From positions 673,551-737,509 of the forward strand of contig NW_003314312.1 of assembly GCF_000143415.4 (NCBI RefSeq): 63,959 nt of DNA, written 5' to 3'. The notes beneath the pieces are model-generated. The model was not told where the DNA came from. It ran no database searches and worked only from the letters and a program-made list of their open reading frames with translations. Each line of letters starts with the position of its first letter. The first letter of the stretch is position 1. Shown piece by piece: positions 26,956-37,670 of this stretch. This stretch comes from Selaginella moellendorffii (Eukaryota; Plantae; Lycopodiophyta). The position numbers and the translations under genes are program-made.

Positions 26956-28309
26956 ATGTATTTTTTATCTCTTTTTATTTACTAAGGAGTACATTCACTA
27001 CTACTAAGCAAAATCAAACCCTAAACCTCAGCTAATGGATGGATTGCATTAAGTTTTATAGCCCTTATAAAGTAGGGTTATAGTTACAATGCCATATAAT
27101 AATATTAATGACTATATACTAATATTAGTGTTATAGTTGTCAGATTAGTTTCAATCAAGACCATTTGCTCTTGTATATAAACTATGGTTTTTGGGTTAAT
27201 TGATATTCACATTTTTGTATTCTCTATGCACTTGCAATATTTAAAATGTTTAATACAAATCTACTTTTTCTTTCCCATTATTTTAGTATATTATTAGTAA
27301 TTTTATTCTCTCCTCTTCTCTTGATGACAAGCTTTAGACTCTACACCCTCAACCTCCTCAATATTAAACTCAACACTTTGAAATAGAAAAATCAAAGAAA
27401 AAGTACTTTTAAGGGAATGAAAGAATTCCTCAACAAAACAAAATCTCTTAATAGTAGTTATAAGCATGAAAAAGCACTCAATATGAAACTTTGGCAAAAG
27501 TGATTTAACCCTTGGAACAAAGGAATACTCAACACTAAAATGATCAAAAACTTTGTTTATAAAACAAAAACAAATTCTCAATTATATACAGACTCTTGAT
27601 ATCTAAATCAATTTGATGAAGATAGCAAACACTCAACTCAACACTATAAAAATAACAAGAATCATAAAAGTTAGAATTGATTAACATGCCAGGAGAAAAA
27701 AATACTATAGATGAAGAAAATATATAAGGAGGTAGTAAAATCTATGAAGTAAGAAAAAGTTGGGAAAGCACAGAAGGGTAAAAAGAAAATGATCAAATAA
27801 TAAATTGAAGGATTGACACTTACCTTGTGAAATATCCAACTCATGTTCAAAGTTATCCTCAATATAATCAAATTCCTTGTTGTCAAAATTCTATACAAAT
27901 TTATAAACATCATCCTCCCAAATACATACTCAAGCATCTTTGATGAGCCAAACTGCATCATCCAAAGGTCTCCAATCAATCATACTCCACATTAATAGGA
28001 GATAATAATACACCAAGAATAGCAAAAGTAATGCAATCACATCTTATGTAAGTTGAAGATGGCAACACATCATGCAACACTAAAAAGATCATGCCCCACA
28101 ACACTAAAAACTAATTTAAAAAGGATATAGCCATAGGAACAACATTGCTAGATGATAAGAACATTGCATTATCTATAACCTAGAAGGCCACACTTCTTGA
28201 CATGGTAAAAGAAGATAATGCAATGATGATTATAAGAAGAATATATTAAATAGTTTAATCTTATATCTGGCAAAAACTATAAAGAAGAATGATGGAAAAA
28301 AAAAAAGAG

Positions 28310-28486
28310 TGTGAGTGCATGGAATATGGAAAGGGAATACAGAAATGTGCATCTCAATTAGCCCAAAAACCCTAGCTTATATACAGGAGCGAGTGGTCCG
28401 GATTGAAACCAATCCGACGGCTACCAAAATCCACTACGCTAATATTAGTATACGGCATCGTAGCCGTACACTTGGCCCTCACATCA
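28310..28486 (-). repeat. 3' LTR (174-177 bp); PPT gagaggagggga at 28487-28498
   Basis: Direct repeat of 34868-35044; tgtgag...ctcaca inverted termini. Confidence 0.9.
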
Positions 28487-28515
28487 TCCCCTCCTCTCGG
28501 AATAATGGAAGGCCG

Positions 28516-31439
28516 TCAGGGTTCTCTTGTAGATGGGCCGGGATCTGGAGGAACGTCACGAGGAGGCATCGGTGGATCTGTAGACGGTATTAACTGCTCC
28601 TGATCCCTTTGTATGAAGCGTTTTAACCGCTGCACATGCACAATCTCCGGAGGATCGGCTTGCTGAACATCATGCCGAACCTCATAAACTTGTGGTCCAA
28701 CTTGCCGCAACACCCGATACGGTCCTTTCCACTGCGCAAGGAGCCCCTTAGATAAACCACGTACCGTAAGATGGGGAAAATGGACTAACACCAAATCATC
28801 CACTTTGTACTCCGCTGGTGGACGATGATGGGAATTGTAGCGTCGTTGTTGTCCCACTTGTATGCGGCCTAAGTGTTCAGCAGACTCTGCTCGGACAAGT
28901 GGAAGAATGCTTGTCAAATATTGATCCCATGACCTAGCATCAGGAGCTCGTGGCAATCGCGAAGGTAAACCCAGCTCTATTGGTAATATTGGATCATGAC
29001 CATATAGAAGTTTATATGGTGAAGCACCAACAGAACTCTACACCCCTGTGACATAAGCATACCGAAGAGACGGCAAATAACCATCCCAATCCGAATGTTG
29101 AAAGTTCACATACTTCGCAATCATCCCTTTGAATGTCCGAACGAGCCGTTCCACCAGACCGTCTGATTGTGGATGATAAGCACTCGTAAAAGGGTGGCGT
29201 ATCCCCAACCGAGATGTCAAAACATGAAATACCTCAGCCATAAATGCAGGACCATTATCCGAAAGAATCCGTTCTGGACAAGAATGCTGGAACACCACTC
29301 GATTAAGGAGGAAGTATCCAACCAACTTCCACCCAACGAGTCAAGTAGTCAGAAGCAATAATAACATACTCATTGCCAGGAGTCGATCGCGGAAAAGGTC
29401 CCATAAGATCAAATGCTACCAACTCAAACGGACGAGAAACTGCAATTGACTCCAACCGTCCTTCCGCAGCACTAGGGGGAGTATTACGAGCTTGACACCA
29501 AACGCAGCTACGCACATACCGGATAATATCACGTCGCATCTCTGGCCAATAGAAAGATCTGCACAGCTTCTCGGTGACACGACGGTGTCCCATATGCCCA
29601 CCTAGAATAGGAGAATCATGGTAGGCATGGAGAAACCGCGGAATAAACACCGAAGGCACCACCAGCCGTAAATGAGCATCAGGATCCGTCCCCACAAAAT
29701 AAAGAAGGCCATCTTCAAGGCGATATTGAGAATGTAAATGCCGAAAAGGCAAGTCATCAGCAAGTGATGCAGGATTTTCAAACCCATCTCGAAGCCTTCG
29801 AATCCACGGCTCAAACTTTTGAGCCTCGCGAACCTCATCCAGAGAAGGTAAATCTTGCTCTACGCCCTGTGGACACTGAACGTCAAGGACAGCAACCGCC
29901 GACGGCATAGAATCCTCATCTAGAAAATCCACAGATGCTGGAACAACAGGTTCGTCAGAAACATGAGAAGTGAGTGGAGAAGGAAGAGGAGCTCGAGAGA
30001 GGGCATCAGCATCAGCCATAGAACTCCCTGGGCGATGAACAACATCGAAATCATATATCTGAAGCTTCAAAGCCCATCGGGCCGTACGACTAACCAGGTT
30101 CTTCCACTTCAATAATGAAGTAACAGCAGCATGGTCACCTTTAAGTAACGTCCGAGAACCATGTAAATAGGCATGAAGTTTCTCGAAACCCCAGACCGCT
30201 GCTAAACACTCCTTCTCCGTCGTGGAGTAGTTCATCTCCGCTGGTTGTAATGTACGGCTTATGTAGGCAATGGGATGGCACTGACCAGGCACACTCGAGC
30301 TCTCTTGCATCAACACACCTCCAAGACCAATGTCAGAAGCATCCACGCGCAAAATAAAAGGTCGAGTGTAGTCAGGATATGCCAAAACCGGAGGAGTCGT
30401 CAATAGCTCTTTGAGATTCACGAACGCCCGCTCACAATCGGGAGACCAGATGAAAGATGACGTTGATGACTTCAGCAACGCTCGCAATGGTATAGTGCGA
30501 TCGGAAAGATGATCCACAAAACGACCGAGATACTGCACCTTACCCAAAAAGCGCTGCACATCATTCACACACTTCGGAGTAGGGAACTTTAGAACAGCCA
30601 CAAGTTTGTCAGGATCAACTTGCAAACCCTCACGAGAAATACGGTACCCAAGATAAGTTGTGTCCTTGGACCCAAACACGCACTTCGACCGCTTCAGCTT
30701 TAAACCAACATCGCGTAGCCGATCCAACACTTTACAAACATCACGAACATGCTCCTCCCACGTCCCCTCCGAGTGGATCAAGACATCATCAATGAAGTCA
30801 GCCGTCACCTTCGGCATATCGCAAAGAACCTCGTCCATCATTCGCTGAAAAGTTGCTGGAGCATTGTTCAAACCAAACGGCATCACCAAAAACTCGTACA
30901 AACCAAATGGTGTACGAAAAGCAGTCTTAGGAATATCGTCTTCAGCCATCGGTACTTGCCAATACCCAGAAGCAAGATCTAGCTTGGTGAACCAACGACT
31001 TCGCCCCAGACGATCCAAGAGATCAGCAGTGTGAGGAAGAGGGTACACATCCGGGATCGTCACTTCATTTAACGAACGATAGTCGATGCAGAAACGAATA
31101 CTCCCATCAGGCTTCGTCACAAGATGAGGTTCACATGCCCAAGGACTCCGCGACTTCCGAATAACACCCTTCTCCAACATCTCCTTGACGTTTGCACGTA
31201 AAATCTTGATCTCCTTGGGTGACCGACGACGAACAGGAACCTTGATTGGACGAGCATCCCCGGTTGGAATGGGATGACGTGTGGCAATCTTGGCCCCAGA
31301 CGATAGGTCAAATTCAAAGAGATCAGAATACTCCTTCATGAGCTGGTCAACTGCTGCAACACAAAGATCGTCGGAGGGATCGGAAAAGGGAAGAGCAGAA
31401 CAAGATGGAAACACAAAAGGAAATAATGGGGGAACAAAA
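28516..31439 (-). pseudogene. pol: RT, RNase H, integrase (frameshift near 29310, stop at 29038-29040)
   Basis: RFCIDYRSLN, LDLASGYWQ, VMPFGLNNAPATFQR, FIDD, VDASDIGLG, HHCC zinc finger, SDNG..YHPQSDGLVER, WKGPY. Confidence 0.95.
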
Positions 31440-33185
31440 TGTAAGCGACTGATTTTTCCATTCTACTTTAGTCACTTAACCACACCTCCGACCTCTTGGA
31501 GGAGTCTCATTCACAACCTCCATAAGCTCAACTCAGGACTTGGGGTTTGCTAGCCCCGAGAATGGCATCCATGCCACTCAACCTTAGCACTTGGTCCAAG
31601 TGCTCCACGTGTCCGATCCCATGATCGACACCCCAAGGTACCACTGACATATCGGCCCGTTACGCTAAGGCCATGCCCATTTACCTCGGTCACACTGGTG
31701 GTCCAACACCACCTACATTCCAATCCCGTCTCTCAAAGACTGGGTCATCCATCCATGAGTGATCATCCCAGATCCACTCCTTAACATCCTTAGGATGCCT
31801 ACAGACATGGGGAATAGCCTTCCCCAATATCTCTGTTCCGGTCCCCACCAAGTCCCTTTCTGTCCTTGGCTGTGTTCGCCAACACTGCCACTGGATCGAG
31901 GCCCACCGGCCCGACCACTAAGTCCCACTATCCTCTAGGACTTCCTCACTGTGTGACTGTGTCCTTGGTCACTACCCCAGAGGACTGCTCCTCTTCCTTT
32001 CCACAGTCTGGGCCTTTGGGACAACATTTCGGAACACCGTGGCCTTACGCGAGCCACCTGGGTACTCTCCTCGCCTTCTGCCCTTGGGTGCTCTAGCCAT
32101 GGGCTTAGAGCGGGTTCCGTTGAGCCACACCAGGTATCCAAGTAGGTAGTGCCACCCACACTTGGACTGGGAGCATCGGCCAGTGGATCTCCCAGGGGAA
32201 CTAGAGCCGGCTCTTGAACACTTCACCAAGCTACCCCGCTTGTCGGTCCATGTTCACTCTAGTCTTGGACTTCCCAGTGGGCAGCTCATCACCCAACATT
32301 GGGTCCGGCCTTCCTGGGCCAAACTGGCCTTTCCTGGCCAAACTGGCTCCACTGCAGTCCTCCCCCCACTATACTTTTGGAGCTCACCAAACCCCCCAGG
32401 GTCTGGGAGACGAACGCTTTGGGCTTTCACCCTCTCAGGCTCCGGACTCGGACTCGGACTCGGACTCGGACTCGGACTTGGACTCGGATTCGGACTCGGA
32501 CTCGGGCTCGGGCTCGGTCTCGGTCTCGGTCTCGGTCCCGATCTCGGTCTCGGTCTCGGTCTCGGTCCCGGTCTCGGTCCCGGTCTCGGTCTCGACTTCG
32601 GACTCCATCTCGGACTCCATCTCGGACTCCATCTCGGACTCCATTTCGGGTCCATCTCGGGTCCACCTCGGACTCCATCTCGGACTCCATCTCGGACTCC
32701 ATCTCGGGTCCATCTCGGACTCCACTTCGGACTCCAACTCGGGTCCATCTCAGGTCCACCTCGGACTCCACTTCGGACTCCATCTCGGACTCCACTTCGG
32801 ACTCCATCTCGGACTCCATCTCGGGTCCATCTCGGACTCCACTTCGGACTCCAACTCGGGTCCATCTCGGGTCCACCTTGGACTCCACTTCGGGCTCCAT
32901 CTCGGACTCCATCTCGGACTCCACTTCGGACTCCAACTCGAGTCCATCTCGGACACTCCCACGTGTCATGTGTTGGTCCTTTTGGGTCCCTTTTTGGAGC
33001 CTCGCCTTTTGCTCGCTTCGTGCTCATTCCTCGAGCACTTCGTTGGGAGTTCCACTCCCGCTCTTGACTTTTCAAGTCGGAGCTTTTGGTCCAAACGTGT
33101 TACGCTAGTTTGGCTCTCGCTTCGGCCACTACCATGTGGCGCCCTTCCGGCTCCACTTTGGGGCCTAGGGATTTTGTGTCTCACA
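31440..33185 (-). mobile_element. family A solo LTR (1746 bp) inserted between PR and RT
   Basis: TG...CA ends, perfect TSD CAAAA (31435-31439 / 33186-33190). Confidence 0.93.
32440..32955. repeat. LTR-internal satellite: (GGACTC)n, (GGTCTC)n, then (GGACTCCATCTC)n variants
   Basis: Directly visible tandem arrays. Confidence 0.95.
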
Positions 33186-33726
33186 CAAAAGTAATGGAAG
33201 CAGAGGTAGAAGTAGAGGGACGAAGAGGTACGGAAGTGAGAGGAATGGATGAAACATAAGGAAGTATGAGACAAGGGGGAAAAACCTCAAAGTCACACTT
33301 GGCATGATTGTGCTGCAACCAATCCATACCAAGAATGAGGTCAAAAGCTTGACTCGGCACCACCCGCAACGACTGCAACTCAAGCTCGAGATCGCCCACA
33401 CGCACCACCAGGTCTGCCTCATCTCGTGCACATGCATGTGTACGGCCGTTGCCATAAAGAATGAAAACTGGATCGGCCGCACGACGCAAGTGTAGACGAC
33501 AACGTGTGGCAACAGGTCGAGCAATAGAAGATAAACTCAAACCTGTATCAACCAACACGGAGAGAAGAATAGGAGACCTCTTGTTATAAAAACGAGCTTG
33601 GAAAGTAAACACTGGATGAACCGGTGCCGAGTGAACCCCTTGATGATACTCCCGAAAGAAAGATGGAGGGGTCACTAACTTATTCGCGCAAGGTCCCTCC
33701 ATTACTCGCGCGACTCCTCGTTTCCC
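33186..33726 (-). pseudogene. aspartic protease portion of pol (-1 frame relative to gag)
   Basis: VLVDTG active site and DLILGMDWL motif. Confidence 0.9.
33663..33726 (-). promoter_or_regulatory. -1 programmed ribosomal frameshift signal (slippery GGGAAAC + H-type pseudoknot)
   Basis: Heptamer in X_XXY_YYZ phase at the gag/pol overlap, 6-nt spacer, two interleaved stems of 9 and 8 bp. Confidence 0.85.
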
Positions 33727-34634
33727 GAATGCACCTCGGTATCCAAACCTTCCACTGCAGCAGCACCAATGGGACGTTGCTGACGCCAAGGTCTCCACCC
33801 AGGAAATGGAGGTCGCCAATCCGGAAAGCGCCGACAACGCCGATAAGTATGACCAACTTCATCACACGCCCAGCAACGAATGTCACGGCCACGACCACGT
33901 CCTCGCCCTTGTCCTTGGACTCGAGTAGCAGCAGCATCAACCTCCATGGGAACAGGACCATCACTCATAGGAAGTGGAGCTGAAGGACGTGTAGCAAGAA
34001 GTGGAAGAGGCGACGTCTCATAACGTTGTGCCAAGCGAAGAGCATCGTCAAGAGTGGCAGGAGCAAGTGCGTGCACAAGTCCGACAAGATCTTGACAAAG
34101 TGCTGGCCACAACATTCCTAGCTTGATCCGCTCTGACATATTTGGCTCCGCACGAAGCAAAAGACTTCGGAAACGAACGCCAAATTGCATCACCGACTCA
34201 GATGGCCCTTGGCGAAGACGATGCAATTGTTGGAAGGCATCATCACAATCGTCGGCGTGTCCGAAGGCGCGTTTGAAGACGTCCGGAAGAACACTCCAAT
34301 CGCCACGAGTAGCTGCGCTCAATCCATTGTATCACTGCAATGCCGTCCCTTGAAGACATGTGGGGAACTCACGCAAACGTCGAGCATCATCCCAAGAATG
34401 ATATGTGGCAATCACCGTGAAGTGATCGAACCAATGGTACACATCATCCCCAGGATTCCCACGAAAGAACTCCGGCCAAACGCGAGGATTGGCACCAAAA
34501 GCAGGAGGAGTTGTACCATGTGCCGTGAATGCCGCCATCAACTGAGTTTGGTTGTTCAATTGCAAGCGCATAGCATCAAGCAATTGAACCAACTGCTACT
34601 CTAGAGTCAAAGGAGGAGATTGCGGATCGGCCAT
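33702..34634 (-). pseudogene. gag (311 codons, two premature stops at 34596-34598 and 34332-34334)
   Basis: ATG at 34634; retrotrans-gag motifs LRQGPSESV and PVPMEVD; CCHC knuckle CWACDEVGHTYRRC. Confidence 0.9.
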
Positions 34635-34855
34635 GAAAATGAATGAGAAAGAAAGAGCAAAAGAAGAGAAATGACAAAAAGCTGGAAAGAAATGGTAGAT
34701 CTAGACAATGCAAAAAGCTAGATCTAAACCAAAATCCTGAAAGGAAAGAAAAAAAGAAAGGAAATGGAAAAAGCTAGATCTAGACAATGCAAAAGCTAGA
34801 TCTAAACCGAAATCCCAAATCTAAGCACTCCCCAGGGACAATCAAAGGTGCCCTT

Positions 34856-34866
34856 CATCTCCACCA
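34856..34866 (-). promoter_or_regulatory. PBS complementary to tRNA-Ala 3' end
   Basis: TGGTGGAGATG, 1 nt from the LTR; plant tRNA-Ala ends ...CATCTCCACCA. Confidence 0.75.
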
Positions 34867-34867
34867 A

Positions 34868-35044
34868 TGTGAGTGCATGGAATATGGAAAGGGAATATAG
34901 AAATGTGCATCTCAATTAGCCCAAAAACCCTAGCTTATATACAGGAGCGAGTGGTCCGGATTGAAACCAATCCGACGGCTACCAAAATCCACTACGCTAA
35001 TATTAGTATACGGCATCTTAGCCGTACACTTGGCCCTCACATCA
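34868..35044 (-). repeat. 5' LTR
   Basis: Direct repeat of 28310-28486. Confidence 0.9.
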
Positions 35045-35242
35045 AAGTATAATTTTGAACATTAAAAAAAATACTCTAACTTTACTCTCTAGAGACAATT
35101 TATAATGCCTCTCCAACTCCATCAGAATATGATAATAAAATACATCCAACGGCCTAAATTCAAAGAGTTCGCCCAAATAGGTAGTCCATATGTAAACTTA
35201 GGTTATCAGGGCTAGGGTTTTGTAGAATATTCTCCGAAATGG

Positions 35243-37138
35243 ATGAAGCGATGGCGGCCGTGGAGCGTCCTCGCGGCGAGGCAGCTTCACAGAGCTCCCG
35301 GCGGGAGCTCCTGCCTGAAGCGCATGGTGGGCGAGCTCCAGGAGGGGGAATGGGCGATCTGGGGCGATCTAGCGCGGCGGCGGCTGATCGAGCGGGAGAG
35401 CCCCGGCATTTCATCGCAGCAACAGCAGCAGGACCAGCGGAATTCGATCGACATCCTCTCGTACGCCGAGCACATCCGGCGCTGCGCGTTCTTTCACTTT
35501 CTCCCGCAGGGCCGGCGCCTCTACTGGGAGCTTCGAATCGCCGGCATGGATCAGCACCGGTACCTGGGGAATCTTCTGATCCAGATGTTTGGCAATTGCC
35601 GGTCGGTCGTCGAGGCCAAGGCGGTGTTTGATGGCATCCGCGAGAGGAATCTCTACTCGTGGAATATCATGCTTGTAGCATATGCCCAGAATGGGCATCT
35701 GCGGGAGGCGAGGATAGTCTTCGAGAAGATGCCACTTCCAAGCGTCGTGACATGGAATGCCATTCATGGCGCATACGCACAGGCGGGGGAGTTCTTTGAG
35801 ACGGTGGATTTGTTCGCGAGAATCCCCGACAGAGATCCAGTGTCCTGGAACACCATGATCACTGTGTATGCGCAGCACGGGCATCTGGACGAATCCAAGG
35901 CGACGTTCGAGGCAATGCCGACGAGGAATGTGGTGTCTTGGAACTCGATCGCGGTGGCTTACGTTCGGTCCCTCCAGATCAGGGACGCCAGGCTCTGCTT
36001 CGATCGAATGCCTTGCCACAACGTCGTGTCGTGGAACACGATCGTGTCCGGCTATGTCGAGCTCGGGGAGATGGCCGAGGCCGAGGAGCTCTTCCAAAAC
36101 ATGCCTGAGAGAGACGCGGTTTCGTGGACAGCTCTCATCACCGGCCTTGCGCAGGAGAGAGATTTGGATCGAGCTCGGGAGATGTTTGATAGAATGCCTC
36201 TCAAGGATCTAGTGTCGTGGACTGCGATGATCACTGCCTTTTCTCACAATGGTCGGCTCCAAGAAGCGCAGAGCTTGCTCGACAACTTGGGAACATTCGA
36301 CAGTGGCTCCTGGAATGCGATGATCACGGGATACATCCAGAACGGGGAGGGACGAGCAGCTCTCCAGCTCTTCCGACTCATGGATCTACAGGGCGTTGGC
36401 ATCGACAAGGTGGGATTTTTCAACGCCCTGGACGCGGCAATCTCCATCGCCAACTTAGCCGAGGGCCGAGCGGTTCATACGATCGCGCGAGACAGTGGCT
36501 TCTTGCTAAACCTCCAGGTGAACAACTCGCTCATCAACATGTATGGCAAATGCGGCAGCCTGGAAAACGCGAGAGATGTGTTTGATTCCATGCTCGAGAA
36601 GAACTTGGTCTCGTGGAACGCGATGATAACCTCGTATGCGAAGAATGGCGAGTGCTCCAATGCGGTGGAGATGTTCCAGCTGATGATCCTTGCGGGTGTT
36701 GCGCCGGACGAGATTGCTTTCACCACCACTCTCTCGGGATGCAGTCACGGGGGCTTGTTTAGAACTGGATGGGAGATCTTCTCCTTGATCCAGGACGAGT
36801 TTGGAGGGATTCCGTCCATGGATCACTACGCTTGCATGGTTGATCTTCTCGGTCGCGTGGGTCACCTGGAGAGGGCCGAGGAGCTCATCCAGTGCATGCC
36901 TTACGAGCCGCAGCTCCTGACTTGGAGATCGCTGGTGGCGGCGTGTAGACTCCACGGTGATGCCAAGCGAGGGAAGCGGCTTGCGAGATTTGTGATGATG
37001 CTGGACGAGGGGATCTCGTCCACTCTAGAGATCGCGTCGAGCACGTATGTTTTGGTGTATAACTTGTTCTCCTCGGCTGGGGAGGATGCGGAGCTTGTGG
37101 ATGGAGTCAAACGAAGGAAACGAGCTAATAAATTTTGA
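35243..37138 (+). CDS. PLS-class pentatricopeptide repeat protein with E domain, no DYW (631 aa, intronless)
   Basis: Tandem VSWNxMI motifs, NSLINMYGKCG, HYACMVDLLGR, WRSLVAACRLHG. Confidence 0.93.
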   Translation: MKRWRPWSVLAARQLHRAPGGSSCLKRMVGELQEGEWAIWGDLARRRLIERESPGISSQQQQQDQRNSIDILSYAEHIRRCAFFHFLPQGRRLYWELRIAGMDQHRYLGNLLIQMFGNCRSVVEAKAVFDGIRERNLYSWNIMLVAYAQNGHLREARIVFEKMPLPSVVTWNAIHGAYAQAGEFFETVDLFARIPDRDPVSWNTMITVYAQHGHLDESKATFEAMPTRNVVSWNSIAVAYVRSLQIRDARLCFDRMPCHNVVSWNTIVSGYVELGEMAEAEELFQNMPERDAVSWTALITGLAQERDLDRAREMFDRMPLKDLVSWTAMITAFSHNGRLQEAQSLLDNLGTFDSGSWNAMITGYIQNGEGRAALQLFRLMDLQGVGIDKVGFFNALDAAISIANLAEGRAVHTIARDSGFLLNLQVNNSLINMYGKCGSLENARDVFDSMLEKNLVSWNAMITSYAKNGECSNAVEMFQLMILAGVAPDEIAFTTTLSGCSHGGLFRTGWEIFSLIQDEFGGIPSMDHYACMVDLLGRVGHLERAEELIQCMPYEPQLLTWRSLVAACRLHGDAKRGKRLARFVMMLDEGISSTLEIASSTYVLVYNLFSSAGEDAELVDGVKRRKRANKF

Positions 37139-37266
37139 AATTGGTAAAGTTATTTTTTAATAATAGTGATCAATGCTTTCATTCAATGACTTATTTAACA
37201 TCTAGATTAAATTAAAGTGGCTATAAAGTAAAAATATTGAAAAAAAATGTTTTTGAATTCTAAACT

Positions 37267-37338
37267 TGCATCAGCCGGGAGTCGAACCCGGGTCTATTTC
37301 TTGGAAGGCAATTATCCTAGCCGTTGGACTACTGATGC
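37267..37338 (-). tRNA. tRNA-Gly(TCC)
   Basis: GCATCAGTAGTCCAACGGCTAGGATAATTGCCTTCCAAGAAATAGACCCGGGTTCGACTCCCGGCTGATGCA folds as a cloverleaf. Confidence 0.9.
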
Positions 37339-37438
37339 TTTAACATTTAATAACGTGTTTAATTAGTTTAACTACTAAAAAGACTTATTTAATTAGTTTA
37401 ACTCTAGCTTAAAATTAAAGGACGAAGAATTTAAAGCT

Positions 37439-37512
37439 CGACCACGGTGGGATTCGAACCCACGACCTTCAGATCCGAAGTCTGACGCGCTAATCCACTG
37501 CGCTACGCGGCC
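37439..37512 (-). tRNA. tRNA-Arg(TCG)
   Basis: GGCCGCGTAGCGCAGTGGATTAGCGCGTCAGACTTCGGATCTGAAGGTCGTGGGTTCGAATCCCACCGTGGTCG. Confidence 0.93.
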
Positions 37513-37595
37513 ACATCACGTAATTTTTCCTTGTGGACTTATGATACTCGTTATTAACGACCTTTTAAACCCCCGCCAAAAGCTCTCATAACCCC

Positions 37596-37610
37596 TAGGT
37601 TTAGGGTTTT
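37596..37610. promoter_or_regulatory. telo-box-like motif upstream of the DEG9-like gene
   Basis: taggtttagggtttt about 65 bp upstream of the ATG. Confidence 0.4.
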
Positions 37611-37670
37611 GAGGAGGGAAGAGCGCGCAGCATGAGGTAGTTTTGCACAACGCCTGCCCGAGGAGGAGCT

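Larger units (their letters stand above)
28310..35044 (-). mobile_element. Ty3/gypsy LTR retrotransposon, non-chromovirus, near-complete, with nested solo LTR
   Basis: LTRs 28310-28486 and 34868-35044 with 2 differences; PBS; PPT; gag-PR-RT-RH-INT order; no chromodomain seen. Confidence 0.95.

Noticed and set aside
29300-29330. Second programmed frameshift in integrase
   Set aside because: No slippery site, and conserved residues appear to be missing; it looks like a small deletion
32162-33194. Long RS/SD/GL-repeat ORFs on both strands (also 1935-2658, 7500-7785, 60253-60872)
   Set aside because: Artefacts of stop-poor 6/12-mer tandem repeats inside an LTR, not SR proteins
35160-37110. Overlapping alternative-frame and antisense ORFs across the PPR gene (and across DEG9, Roco and pol)
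   Set aside because: Shadow ORFs of GC-rich coding sequence with no recognisable motifs
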